Of a stretch of 64,000 nucleotides of DNA, positions 33,054 through 42,994 are shown piece by piece. The notes below the pieces were generated by a model. It made no database searches. It saw nothing but the letters and a program-made list of their open reading frames with translations, and was not told where the DNA came from. The first letter of the stretch is position 1; the number at the start of each line of letters is the position of its first letter. Position numbers and translations under genes: made by a program. The stretch comes from Betaproteobacteria bacterium (GTDB taxonomy: Bacteria; Pseudomonadota; Gammaproteobacteria; Burkholderiales; JACQAP01): NCBI GenBank assembly GCA_031362885.1, contig JANLTJ010000025.1:19021-83020 (forward strand), read 5' to 3'.

Positions 33054-33101
33054 ATTTCTCACGACGCACGCATTTGTGCGGTCAATAAATAGCTCCAAAT
33101 C

Positions 33102-36100
33102 TTGATCTCTTTCATCGTCCGCCAGTCCATCCGCTATCCCGGCGTGATTCTCACGCTGGCGCTGACCATTGTCGCTTACGGTTTGTACACGCTGTCGCGT
33201 GCGAACCTGGATGTATTTCCGGAGTTCTCGCCCAGCCAGGTGGTGATTCAGACCGAGGCGCCGGGATTGTCGGCGGAGCTCGTTGAGACCCAGGTCTCGC
33301 AGCCCATCGAAAACGCGCTCTCGGGCGCATCCGGGCTGGAGAGCCTGCGCTCGCAGTCGATTCCCGGCTTGTCCGTGGTGCACCTGTTTTTTCGCGATGG
33401 CTCGGACAGCTATCTGAACCGGCAAGTCGTTGGCGAGCGGCTGGCGACGCTGCCCACGCAACTGCCCAGGGGCATCGTGCCGGCGATGACGCCGCTGACT
33501 TCCTCGGCCAGCACGGTGCTCGGCATCGGGGTCACTTCGGAGACACGCAGTCTCATGGAGCTGCGCACACTGGTGGATTGGACGCTGCGTCCCCATCTGC
33601 TGGCGGTACGGGGCGTGGCGGAAGTCAATGTGTTCGGCGGCGATGTGCGCCAGTGGCAAATACAAGTCGATCCGGAAAAACTGCATCGCTACGGTCTGGC
33701 GCTGGACGATGTGGTCAAAGCGGCGCGGCGTGCAACCGGGGTCGCCGGCGCCGGTTTCGTGACCACGCCGAATCAGCATATTTTGCTGCAAGTCGATGCG
33801 CAACCCGGCGCGGTGGACGAGGTGGCGCGCAGCGTTCTTGCTTATCGCGATGGCCGTGCGCTGCGCATCGGCGATGTGGCGAACGTGGTCGAGGGTGCGG
33901 CCCCCTCTATCGGTGCCGCCGCCATCGACGGCACTCCCGGCGTGTTCATCATGGTGCAAGGCCAGTTGGGCGCGAATACGCACACGGTCACGCTGGACCT
34001 GGAAGCGGCGCTGGCCGAACTCAAACCGCTGCTTGATAGAGAAGGCGTGAAGCTGTATCCACAATTGTTCCGGCCGGCGAACTTCATCGAGACCGCGGTG
34101 CGCAATATCCAGCGCGACATGCTCATCGGCGCGGTACTCGTGGTCGTGGTGCTGTTCTTGTTTTTGTTCAACACCCGCACCGCGCTCATTTGCGCCAGCG
34201 CCATTCCGGTTTCGCTGCTCGCCGCGGTGCTGGTGCTGGACTATTTCAACATCACCCTCAACATCATGGTCATGGGCGGGCTCGCCATCGCGCTGGGCGA
34301 AGTGGTGGACGACGCCATCATCGACACCGAGAACATTTTCCGCCGCCTGCGGCTAAACCGCGCCGCGCTCACTGCGCAGCCGGTGTGGGAAGTGGTGCTG
34401 GCCGCGTCCATCGAGGTGCGCAGCTCCGTGGTCTACGCCACCTTCATTGTTGCGCTGGTGTTCGTGCCGCTGCTCACTCTCGGCGGCATCGCCGGCAAGC
34501 TGTTCGCGCCGCTCGGCATCGCCTACATTTTCGCCATTCTTGCTTCTCTGGTGATGGCCACCACGCTGACCCCAGCCCTGTGTTACCTGCTGCTCGGGCG
34601 CGCCGAATTGAAAGCCGAAGATCCGCCCTTTGTGCGCTGGCTCAAGCCCAAATACCTGTCGCTGCTGACCCGTATCGAACGCTATCCGGCGCGCGTGGTG
34701 AGCGTGATCGGCGTGCTCATCGCCGCTGGCATTGGGCTGCTGCCACTGTTCGAGGGTGAGTTCATTCCGGCGCTGCGCGAAGGCCACTACATCATGCACA
34801 TGTCGGCGCTGCCGGGAACCTCGGAAGCGGAGTCGCTGCGCATCGGGCAAAAAGTCTCCAAGGCCATCGGCTCCATTGAAGGCGTGCAATCGGTGGCGCA
34901 ATGGGTGGGTCGTTCGCGGAACGGGGCGGATACCTTCGGCACGCATTACAGCGAATTTGAAGTCGAGATCGGCGCCCTGCCCGGGCGCGAGCAAACCCGC
35001 ATCCTGCGTGAAATCCGCGCCACGCTGGCCGGTGAACGTGGCGGCGTATTCCCCGGCGTGACGTTCGCGGTGAATACTTTTCTCACCGAGCGCATCGAGG
35101 AAACCATCACCGGCTATGCCGCGCCCTTCGTGGTGAATCTGCATGGCGCATCACTCGATCTGCTCGACCGCGACGCGCTGGCGATTGCCGCGCAACTCGC
35201 GCGCGTGCCCGGCGCGCGCGATGTGCAGATTCAGGCCCAGCCCGGCGCGCCGCAGTTATCGATACGTCTGCGCCATGAGCGCGTGGCCGCGCTGGGCTTG
35301 CAGCCGTTATCCGTGCTCGAAGCCGTACACACGGCTTACGAAGGTGCGCACGCAGCGCAGATTTTCCGTGGCAATCAGGTCATCGACCTGGTGGTCTTGC
35401 TGGATCCAAAACAGCGCAACCGCGTGGGCGAGGTATCCGCGTTGCCGCTGCGCAATGCCGAGGGCCGGCTGATCCGGTTGGGCGAAGTGGCCGATGTCGG
35501 CATCACCAGCGGGCGCTATAAAATTCTGCATGCCGGCGGGCGCCGCATCCAGACTGTCACCGCCCACGTCGAGGGCCGCGACATCGCGCAATTCGAGCGC
35601 GATGCGCGCGCGCGCATCGCCGCGCAGGTGCCGCTCTCCGATGGCAACTACCTGTCCTACGCCGGCACTGCGCAGGAGCAGGCGCGGGCGCGCGCCGATC
35701 TGCTGTTGCACTCCGCGCTGGCTGGCATCGGCATTTTTCTGCTGCTCTATATCGCGTTCAACAATCTGCGAAATCTGATCATCACTTTCGTGAATCTGCC
35801 TTTCGCGCTGATCGGCGGCGTGCTCGCGGTATTCGCCAGCGGCGGCTGGATGTCACTTGGTTCGCTGGTCGGATTCGTCACGTTGTTCGGCATCACGCTG
35901 CGCAACTCCATCATGCTGGTGTCGCATTATCAGCATCTGGTGGAAGTAGAGCGCCTGCCGTGGAACGCGGACACCGCGCGGCGCGGCGCCGCCGAACGCC
36001 TGCCCTCGATCCTGATGACCGCTCTGGTAACCGCGCTGGCCCTGATGCCGCTCGCGCTGGGCAGTGGCGAACCCGGGCGCGAGATCGAAGGCCCGATGGC

Positions 36101-36215
36101 CATCATCATTGTCGGCGGGCTGGCGACTTCAACGTTGCTCAATCTGCTGGTGCTGCCGGCGATCCTGCTGCATTTCGGCCGCTTTGTGCCGGGAACGCAC
36201 GCCAGCCGGGCTTGA
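33102..36215 (+). CDS. RND inner-membrane efflux pump, CusA/CzcA (heavy-metal efflux) family
   Basis: 1037 aa with TTG start. 12-TM RND architecture with two large periplasmic loops. The N-terminus IRYPGVILTLALTIVAYGLY...LDVFPEF is typical of the CzcA family. Confidence 0.88.
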   Translation: MISFIVRQSIRYPGVILTLALTIVAYGLYTLSRANLDVFPEFSPSQVVIQTEAPGLSAELVETQVSQPIENALSGASGLESLRSQSIPGLSVVHLFFRDGSDSYLNRQVVGERLATLPTQLPRGIVPAMTPLTSSASTVLGIGVTSETRSLMELRTLVDWTLRPHLLAVRGVAEVNVFGGDVRQWQIQVDPEKLHRYGLALDDVVKAARRATGVAGAGFVTTPNQHILLQVDAQPGAVDEVARSVLAYRDGRALRIGDVANVVEGAAPSIGAAAIDGTPGVFIMVQGQLGANTHTVTLDLEAALAELKPLLDREGVKLYPQLFRPANFIETAVRNIQRDMLIGAVLVVVVLFLFLFNTRTALICASAIPVSLLAAVLVLDYFNITLNIMVMGGLAIALGEVVDDAIIDTENIFRRLRLNRAALTAQPVWEVVLAASIEVRSSVVYATFIVALVFVPLLTLGGIAGKLFAPLGIAYIFAILASLVMATTLTPALCYLLLGRAELKAEDPPFVRWLKPKYLSLLTRIERYPARVVSVIGVLIAAGIGLLPLFEGEFIPALREGHYIMHMSALPGTSEAESLRIGQKVSKAIGSIEGVQSVAQWVGRSRNGADTFGTHYSEFEVEIGALPGREQTRILREIRATLAGERGGVFPGVTFAVNTFLTERIEETITGYAAPFVVNLHGASLDLLDRDALAIAAQLARVPGARDVQIQAQPGAPQLSIRLRHERVAALGLQPLSVLEAVHTAYEGAHAAQIFRGNQVIDLVVLLDPKQRNRVGEVSALPLRNAEGRLIRLGEVADVGITSGRYKILHAGGRRIQTVTAHVEGRDIAQFERDARARIAAQVPLSDGNYLSYAGTAQEQARARADLLLHSALAGIGIFLLLYIAFNNLRNLIITFVNLPFALIGGVLAVFASGGWMSLGSLVGFVTLFGITLRNSIMLVSHYQHLVEVERLPWNADTARRGAAERLPSILMTALVTALALMPLALGSGEPGREIEGPMAIIIVGGLATSTLLNLLVLPAILLHFGRFVPGTHASRA

Positions 36216-36280
36216 TCTTCTCGACCAAGGTATTACATAGTGCGGCTATCGACTTTCGTCACATCACAAAGGGCGCGGTT

Positions 36281-36679
36281 ATGGCGACAATTGCATTGAC
36301 CAAGGACAATTTCGAGCAAGTCGTGACAGGTAACGATACGGTTATCGTGGATTTCTGGGCGCCTTGGTGCGGCCCCTGCCGCGGTTTCGCGCCAGTTTTC
36401 GAGGCTAGCTCGGAAAAACACACGGATGTCGTGTTCGCCAAGGTCAATACGGAGGAGGAACCCGAACTCGCCGGACACTTCGAGATTCGTTCGATCCCCA
36501 CCCTGATGGCTTTCCGCGAGAAAGTGCTTCTACTCTCCCAGCCCGGTGCATTGCCGGCGTCCGGACTCGACGCGGTTATAACAAAAGTGCGGGAACTCGA
36601 CATGGTGCAAGTGCATCGCGACATCGCGGCCCAGGGGGTGATTGACACCGGCGCGACTGACAACGGCGCGGCGGCCTGA
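36281..36679 (+). CDS. thioredoxin with C-terminal extension
   Basis: Track ORF trimmed to ATG 36281 (MATIALTKDNFEQVV). WCGPC active site. About 25 extra C-terminal residues. Confidence 0.9.
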   Translation: MATIALTKDNFEQVVTGNDTVIVDFWAPWCGPCRGFAPVFEASSEKHTDVVFAKVNTEEEPELAGHFEIRSIPTLMAFREKVLLLSQPGALPASGLDAVITKVRELDMVQVHRDIAAQGVIDTGATDNGAAA

Positions 36680-36894
36680 CGCGGCATTGGCGCCGATGCT
36701 TCCCGCATGATTTGGGTGCCGCCACCTGATCGACCCGGAAGGCGAATGCCAAATCCACTACGAGAACTCCAGCATCCGGATTCACGAACCGGGTCCGGTA
36801 TGGGGGCGTTTTACCCGCTGCGCTATTCTCGGGCAAGCGGCATAACGCCGTCCGGCCTCATTGGTATTCAAATTAATCAGCCGCCCTTTATATT

Positions 36895-38124
36895 GTGATG
36901 ACTCCTTCACGCGATGGTGCCAACGAAAACCTGCTGGACGGCTATACCGTCATCGATTTCACCCGTGTTCTCGCGGGCCCCTACTGCACGCGTCTGCTTG
37001 CCGACCTTGGCGCGCGCGTCATCAAGATTGAACGTCCGGGCGAGGGTGACGAGATTCGCTATACCGCCTACCAGCTCGAAGCCGGGCGCACTGATCAGAG
37101 CAGTTACTTCGCGCGTCTGAACACCGGCAAGGACGGCATTGCGATCAACCTTTCACTGCCGCAGGCTCGCGAGATCGTGCGGGATCTGGTGCGAAACGCC
37201 GATATCGTTGTGGAGAATTTCTCGCCGGGTGTGATGGCACGCTACGGCTTGGATGCGGCAACGCTGCGTTCGGAATTCCCCGGGCTGGTGTATTGCTCCA
37301 TCTCCGGTTTCGGACAGACCGGCCCTCTCAGCTCCCTGCAGGCTTATGCGCATCTGATCAATGCCATCTCCGGAATGATGGATCTGGATCGCGGCGGAGA
37401 AGCGCGGCCGCGAGTCTCGTATCTCCAGGCGGCGGATGTTCTCGCCGGTACACACGCCTTCGGAGCCATTTGTGCCGCGCTGCTGCGGCGCTCGCGAACG
37501 GGCTTGGGCGCGACGCTTGATGTATCCATGCTCGAGTGCCTCATTGCAGCCGACGACATTACCTATGGGGCATTGATCAATGGTGCTCCGGTCGAGCGCC
37601 AGCCGCGGGTGGGCATGATGGTGCACCCTTACGGTGAGCGGCACATTGCATTGCAGACCGCGGGGGCGCCGCATCTGTGGTTGCGCCTGGTCGAACTGGT
37701 CGGAAAACCGGAACTGGCGAGCGATCCGCGCTTTTCCACCCCGGCGGCCCGGCGCGCAAACTGGAGCGCATTGCAGCAGGTCTATCGAGAGTGGCTCGGC
37801 CGGTACCAAAACGCGGACGAAGCCGTCGCGGCACTGGGGGCGGCCCGGATTCCCGTGGTGCCAATGCTCTCACCTGAAGAGGTCGTGGAGCATCCGCAGC
37901 TGCTGTCGAGGGAGGCTTTTCCGGAAATCGATCATCCGGGACGCGGCCGCATTCGCGTAACGGCGACACCATTTTTCGTTGATGGTAAGCCAACGCATCC
38001 GCGCGGACCGGCGCCGCATCGGATTGGCGAGAAAACGGCCGACGTGCTCGCCAATCTGCTTGGCTATCCTGAAGAGCGGATCGCAGTCCTGCGGGCGAGC
38101 GGTGCAATCGAAATTCCCGACTAA
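36895..38124 (+). CDS. family III CoA-transferase (CaiB/BaiF)
   Basis: 409 aa. LDGYTVIDFTRVLAGPYCTRLLADLGARVIKIERPGEGDEIR. Confidence 0.9.
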   Translation: MMTPSRDGANENLLDGYTVIDFTRVLAGPYCTRLLADLGARVIKIERPGEGDEIRYTAYQLEAGRTDQSSYFARLNTGKDGIAINLSLPQAREIVRDLVRNADIVVENFSPGVMARYGLDAATLRSEFPGLVYCSISGFGQTGPLSSLQAYAHLINAISGMMDLDRGGEARPRVSYLQAADVLAGTHAFGAICAALLRRSRTGLGATLDVSMLECLIAADDITYGALINGAPVERQPRVGMMVHPYGERHIALQTAGAPHLWLRLVELVGKPELASDPRFSTPAARRANWSALQQVYREWLGRYQNADEAVAALGAARIPVVPMLSPEEVVEHPQLLSREAFPEIDHPGRGRIRVTATPFFVDGKPTHPRGPAPHRIGEKTADVLANLLGYPEERIAVLRASGAIEIPD

Positions 38125-38168
38125 CCGATCTTTTTTTGGCTACGCATCAATCCTGTCGAGGAGTCAGT

Positions 38169-38630
38169 ATGAACGCACTTCAATCCCGCCCGCTGTTTGA
38201 TATTTCCATCACCGTGGATCCGCCCCACGACCTTGGCCCCACTCCCATGGGTACGCGTCGAATTGTGCCGGTGACCGGCGGCAGCTTCACTGGCCAGCGC
38301 CTGCGCGGCACGGTGATGACCAATGCGGCGGCGGACTGGATCATTCTGCGCGCTGACGGATCGGTGCTGCTGGATGTGCGCCTGACCCTCAAGACCGACG
38401 ACGATGCGCTGATCTACATGAACTATCGCGGCATACGTCACAGCACCCCGGAAGTTGCCCAGAGCCTGGCGCGCGGGGAGGTGGTTGATCCCGCAGAGTA
38501 CTACTTCCGTACCACGCCTGTGCTGGAAACCGGCAGCAGCAAGTATGCGTGGTTGAACAACATCATCTGTGTGGCGGTCGGCGAACGCTTGGCGGCGCAG
38601 GTGAAATACAGGGTGTTCGAAATTCTTTAG
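38169..38630 (+). CDS. DUF3237 family protein
   Basis: Trimmed to ATG 38169, which is preceded by GAGGAG. LGPTPMGTRRIVPVTGGSFTG..L.G.V....ADW...R.DG is typical of DUF3237. Confidence 0.8.
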   Translation: MNALQSRPLFDISITVDPPHDLGPTPMGTRRIVPVTGGSFTGQRLRGTVMTNAAADWIILRADGSVLLDVRLTLKTDDDALIYMNYRGIRHSTPEVAQSLARGEVVDPAEYYFRTTPVLETGSSKYAWLNNIICVAVGERLAAQVKYRVFEIL

Positions 38631-38649
38631 GCTCCACGATAAGGGATAT

Positions 38650-38905
38650 GTAAACCCCTCGCCTCTAGGCGACGGGAGAGCATTTCTGTAGAAGAGCGGC
38701 AGCTGCGAGAAGAGGGAGCAGAGGTCGACGCGATAGCGGCGGGTGAGGGCCGATGGTAAGGAATGTGGAATGCTCCCTCATCCCCAACCCTTCTGCTCCG
38801 CTTCAAGTGTGCCCTTGTCCCGGAAGGAGATAGGGACTCTCGAATCGACGGTCAGGCTGACCCTCACCGGCTTGAGCCGTAATTTGAAACCTTCTAGGCG
38901 AGGGT
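38650..38905. repeat. ~250-bp intergenic element with nested imperfect inverted repeats (MITE-like or structured RNA)
   Basis: G-rich left arm: cccctcgcctctagg, gagggagcagagg, gggtgaggg. It faces the C-rich right arm in mirrored order: ccctcatccc, cccttctgctcc, ccttctaggcgaggg. Confidence 0.5.
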
Positions 38906-39022
38906 AGTTAACGGAATTTCCAAACAACGCTCTTGCGCGCGAAAGCGCCAGACGGGTGTATTCTCAATCTTGTTGGTTTTCCACCTTCGAACCTGCTCTT
39001 TCTTCGGGATACCCTTGCAAAC

Positions 39023-40696
39023 ATGGCATATGACCTGATTATCAAGAATGGATTTGTCATCGATGGCACGGGCGCGCCCGGCCGGCACTCTGACGTGGCC
39101 GTCAGCAATGGCAAGATCGCAGAAGTCGGCGAAGTTTCCGGTTCGGCTAAACACACCATCGACGCATCGGACTGCGTCGTTGCTCCAGGATTTATCGATC
39201 CGCATACGCACTATGACGCGCAGATCTGCTGGGATGGTGCGGTAACGCCTTCGTCCTGGCATGGCGTGACCAGCGTGGTGATGGGCAATTGCGGGGTGGG
39301 CATCGCGCCTTGCCGGCCTGGTTCGCGTGAAGTCGCGATGCACGACCTCGTAAACGTGGAAGCGATTCCCTTCGAAGTGCTGGATCGGGGCATCACCTGG
39401 GACTGGGAAACTTTTCCGGAATACATGGACGCCGCCGCGCGCCGGAAGCCGTCGGTGAATCTCGGCTTCCTGGCCCCGCTGACGCCGTTCCGGCATTACG
39501 TCATGGGTGAAGAGTCCATGGAGCGGGCTGCCACAGCCGACGAAACTGCGCAGATCAAGGCGCTGCTCGGCGGCGCGATGGATGCCGGCGCGTTCGGATT
39601 TTCCAGCACCGTCCTCAACCAGCATCTCGGTTTCGGCGGACGGCCGCTGGCCTGCCGCAACGCCAGCCGTGACGAACTCAAGGCTTACGCGAACGTGCTC
39701 AAGGAAAAGAACAAGGGCGCGATCGAAGTGGCCCTCACCCGGCAGATCGCCGTGCTTGAGGAGGAACAGGCCGAAATCCTGGACCTGCTTCTCGACGAAA
39801 GCGGCCGGCCGGTGACCTTCATCGCCATGTTCGACCGCGACGATATTTCCGAGGCGGTGCGCGATACCCTCAAGCGCGCCGCGCCCATGATCGCCAAAGG
39901 CGCGCGCCCGCAGACTTCACCTTTGCCGCTCACCCGCGAGATCGACATGCGCAGCCCGTTTTCTTTTGCGGCCTTCCCATCCTGGAAACGGATCTTCGCG
40001 GACAAATCCAAAGAGGCGCAGAAAAAAGTCTACCGCGATAAAGGTTTCCGCGACCAGTTCCGGGAAGAACTGAAGAATCCCATGACCTTCGGCAATTGGG
40101 AGCGCATCACGCTGCACGAAGTCCGCTCGCCGGAACTCAAACGCTTCGAAGGGCAGACGGTGGCCGACATCGGTCGTGCCCAGGGCAAGGACGGTGTGGA
40201 CGCCTTCCTCGATCTGACGCTGGCCGACGACCTCGATCTCGAATTCACCATGGCGTCGTTCAACACGCGTGTCGATCGCGTGGCCGAAATTCTGAACAAC
40301 CCGGCGATCCTCATCGGCCTCGGCGACGGCGGCGCGCACGTGGACATGCTTTGCGATTCCGGCTATCCGACCTACCTGCTCGGCACTTGGGTGCGCGAGC
40401 GCAACGTGCTCACGCTGGAAGAAGGCGTACGCCGGCTCACTTCCGACCCGGCGGATTTCTACGGCATCCGCGACCGCGGACGCCTCAAGCCGGGACTCGC
40501 TGCCGACATCGCCATTTTCGATCCCGCGACAGTGGGTTCTTCGAATCGTGGCGAGCGGCGTTATGATCTTCCGGGTGGTGGGAAGCGTATGGTGATGCCT
40601 TCGCGCGGGGTGCGGTACACCGTTGTGAATGGCGTGATGACGTATGCGGATGGGGCGTTGGTCGGGGCGGCGGCGGGGAGGGTGTTGCGGTCATGA
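39023..40696 (+). CDS. N-acyl-D-amino-acid deacylase (D-aminoacylase) family amidohydrolase
   Basis: Trimmed to ATG 39023. YDLIIKNGFVIDGTGAPG...VAPGFIDPHTHYD. Confidence 0.88.
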   Translation: MAYDLIIKNGFVIDGTGAPGRHSDVAVSNGKIAEVGEVSGSAKHTIDASDCVVAPGFIDPHTHYDAQICWDGAVTPSSWHGVTSVVMGNCGVGIAPCRPGSREVAMHDLVNVEAIPFEVLDRGITWDWETFPEYMDAAARRKPSVNLGFLAPLTPFRHYVMGEESMERAATADETAQIKALLGGAMDAGAFGFSSTVLNQHLGFGGRPLACRNASRDELKAYANVLKEKNKGAIEVALTRQIAVLEEEQAEILDLLLDESGRPVTFIAMFDRDDISEAVRDTLKRAAPMIAKGARPQTSPLPLTREIDMRSPFSFAAFPSWKRIFADKSKEAQKKVYRDKGFRDQFREELKNPMTFGNWERITLHEVRSPELKRFEGQTVADIGRAQGKDGVDAFLDLTLADDLDLEFTMASFNTRVDRVAEILNNPAILIGLGDGGAHVDMLCDSGYPTYLLGTWVRERNVLTLEEGVRRLTSDPADFYGIRDRGRLKPGLAADIAIFDPATVGSSNRGERRYDLPGGGKRMVMPSRGVRYTVVNGVMTYADGALVGAAAGRVLRS

Positions 40697-40758
40697 TCCA
40701 AACTTGGCCGGAGAGGCAGCTTGATCCCACCACGGGAGCGTGGTAGCTTAGTCCCACT

Positions 40759-41052
40759 GTGAGGATAATTGCTCTCAAGGCACTACGCGAATTCTGGGGA
40801 AAGCATGCATCAGCCGAAGTGCCACTCCGTGCGTGGTACGCGATTGCAAGCCGTGCGCAATGGCGCAGTCCCGCAGACGTGAAGGCGGCCTACCGGGCCG
40901 CGAGTTTTCTGGGCGGGAATCGGGTGGTGTTCAACATCAAGGGCAATGAGTTCCGGCTGGTCGTTGCCGTGCACTACAACCGCGGACTGATGTTTGTTCG
41001 TTTCGTGGGCACCCACCAGCAATATGACCGCATCAACGCCGAAGACATTTGA
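40759..41052 (+). CDS. higB: HigB-type mRNA interferase toxin (HigB_toxin family)
   Basis: 97 aa with GTG start. MRIIALKALREFWGKH...AWY......W.SPADVKA.Y..ASFLGGNRVVFNIKGNEFRLVV...Y....FVRFVGTH..YD.I. Confidence 0.85.
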   Translation: MRIIALKALREFWGKHASAEVPLRAWYAIASRAQWRSPADVKAAYRAASFLGGNRVVFNIKGNEFRLVVAVHYNRGLMFVRFVGTHQQYDRINAEDI

Positions 41053-41062
41053 GAGCAAGGAA

Positions 41063-41437
41063 ATGGACGTGCGACCGATCAGAACAAAACGCGACTATCT
41101 TGCCGCGCTAAAGGAAGTCGAGACGCTGTGGGACTCCCGTCCGGGATCGACCGAGTCGGACCAGCTTGAAGTTTTGACGTTGCTGATTCAAGCATACGAA
41201 TCCGACCACTACCCGATCCCCGAACCCGACCCGATCGAGCTTCTGCTACACGTCATGGAGTCCCGCGCGTTGACGCGAAAGGACTTGGAGCCCTACATTG
41301 GATCGCGTGCGCGTGTGGCCGAGGTACTCAAGAGAGTTCGGCCATTGACGCTCGAAATGATTCGCCGATTATCCGAGGGATTGGATATTCCTGCCGATGT
41401 GCTCGTGCGTCGTTATGAGTTGACCGAGGCCGCGTGA
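41063..41437 (+). CDS. higA: HigA-type HTH antitoxin
   Basis: Trimmed to ATG 41063. IRTKRDYLAALKEVETLWDSRPGSTESDQLEVLTLLIQAYE..HYPIP.PDPIE and a C-terminal HTH. Lies immediately after higB. Confidence 0.85.
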   Translation: MDVRPIRTKRDYLAALKEVETLWDSRPGSTESDQLEVLTLLIQAYESDHYPIPEPDPIELLLHVMESRALTRKDLEPYIGSRARVAEVLKRVRPLTLEMIRRLSEGLDIPADVLVRRYELTEAA

Positions 41438-41493
41438 ATTTGGGTCCTGGTGGAGTCTTAAACCACGAATCGGCAAGAAGCGGGACTAAGACA

Positions 41494-41823
41494 ATGATTG
41501 AAAGCAAACACCTGGAAACCAAAGGCTGGAAGATTGGCTCTGCCCGGGAGTTCCTTGATCTGAACGATCAGGAAGAGGCCTACATCGAACTGCGCCTCAA
41601 GCTGGCCGACGCGTTGAAGCGTCAACGAATCAGCCGGAACCTGACGCAAGGCGATCTCGCAAGGGCTGTGAGTTCGAGCCAGTCGCGAGCCGCAAAAATG
41701 GAAGCTGGTGATTCCTCCGTTTCGCTCGATCTTCTGGTTCGGCCGCTCCTGGCCATGGGTGCGTCCAACAGCGATCCCGCAAAAATTATCGCGGGCCCCC
41801 ATGTTCGTCAGAGGACTGCCTAG
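41494..41823 (+). CDS. XRE-family HTH protein, antitoxin-like, with no adjacent toxin
   Basis: Trimmed to ATG 41494. LTQGDLARAVSSSQSRAAKMEAGDSSVSLDLLVRPLLAMG is typical of a type II antitoxin HTH. Confidence 0.65.
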   Translation: MIESKHLETKGWKIGSAREFLDLNDQEEAYIELRLKLADALKRQRISRNLTQGDLARAVSSSQSRAAKMEAGDSSVSLDLLVRPLLAMGASNSDPAKIIAGPHVRQRTA

Positions 41824-41920
41824 CGATCTGGCGTTTAGGTGACATGCCAAGGTTGATCCGCTGCTTCAACACATGTTCGCGATGATTGCCCTGTCCCTGG
41901 AAATCACCGGTCGCTATTAA

Positions 41921-42994
41921 TCATAGGTCGTCCGTGGAGACGTCCTTGTTGAATACTTTCTTCAACATGAGGCGAAGGCGAAACTTGATCGCGCCGCCGT
42001 CATTTGGCGACTGTGCGTAACGATCAAACTCGATCATCTGGAGATCGACGTTCTTGGTTTTACCTTTTTCCATCAACTCCCGATTCGCGGCACGGAGCTT
42101 CTCGAAATCAAGCAGCTTCTTGCGCGAGATCTCGGCCGCCCAATCATTCTTATGGGCCACCCGGAAGAGATGGTAATAGAGCATCACCATGCCTACCTGA
42201 CGCAGCAGCGTCTCCTTGTCGGTGAAAACGCGCGCCATGTGTTCGCAGGTCTCCTGCGTCTGCTTGAGGAACACCGGCATCCGCGTTCGAGATTGATCGA
42301 CGAAGTCGTCCACGAAGTCATCCAAGCGTGCTTTCTTAGTGTCAACGACCTGACCTTCATGCTCCGCGAGCAGGAACTTCGTGGCTAGGTCGTAGTGGCG
42401 ATAGCGGCGGTTCTCGAACGGTAGCTTCTTGACGAAGAAGGCTTCCCTCGACAATTTTCTGACCGCCCCCGGGATTGGGCCGCCATAGGCATTGCGCTTC
42501 TCGGCAGCCGTCAGCGGCGCGGCCTCGTTCAAGCGCGAGAACATTTCCTCGATCAGTTCCAGATCGTCGGTTTCGATCAGTATCACAGAGAGCAGGAAAC
42601 CGTCGAAATCTGCCTTTAGATCGGGATACTGTTGCCCCAGCTCCCGATACGTCATGCCGGGGGCCTTGACCTTCTCATCGCGGAACAGCTTAAAGTCGTC
42701 AGCCAGAGCGATCCTGCCGTCGATGAAGCTCCAAAGGGTTTCCAGCCGCTGCTTGCCGTCCACGATGGCGAACTCGTAGGTCTTGCCGCCCTTGACGAAT
42801 GGCTGCGGGAACTTGTGCAGGTATATCTTCGGAACATCGAACTTGTTGAACACAGTGTCCAGCAAGAGTTGCCGATTGTCGGGCGCCCAGATGTTCCCCA
42901 AACGCTGATAGTCCGGGTCGAGCTGAATGCGGTCGCGCATTCGGTAGATTTGCCAGACCGTGCGGTCGCGCAACTCAGTGATGTTGAAGGTCAT
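41921..42994 (-). CDS. DUF262 (ParB/GmrSD N-terminal NTPase-like) protein lacking a DUF1524/HNH nuclease domain
   Basis: 357 aa. Motifs: LDPDYQR, IVDGKQRLETL (a DGQQR-motif variant), and MFSRLNEAAPLTAAEKRNA. The C-terminal ~170 aa are helical and unassigned. Confidence 0.8.
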   Translation of the reverse strand: MTFNITELRDRTVWQIYRMRDRIQLDPDYQRLGNIWAPDNRQLLLDTVFNKFDVPKIYLHKFPQPFVKGGKTYEFAIVDGKQRLETLWSFIDGRIALADDFKLFRDEKVKAPGMTYRELGQQYPDLKADFDGFLLSVILIETDDLELIEEMFSRLNEAAPLTAAEKRNAYGGPIPGAVRKLSREAFFVKKLPFENRRYRHYDLATKFLLAEHEGQVVDTKKARLDDFVDDFVDQSRTRMPVFLKQTQETCEHMARVFTDKETLLRQVGMVMLYYHLFRVAHKNDWAAEISRKKLLDFEKLRAANRELMEKGKTKNVDLQMIEFDRYAQSPNDGGAIKFRLRLMLKKVFNKDVSTDDL

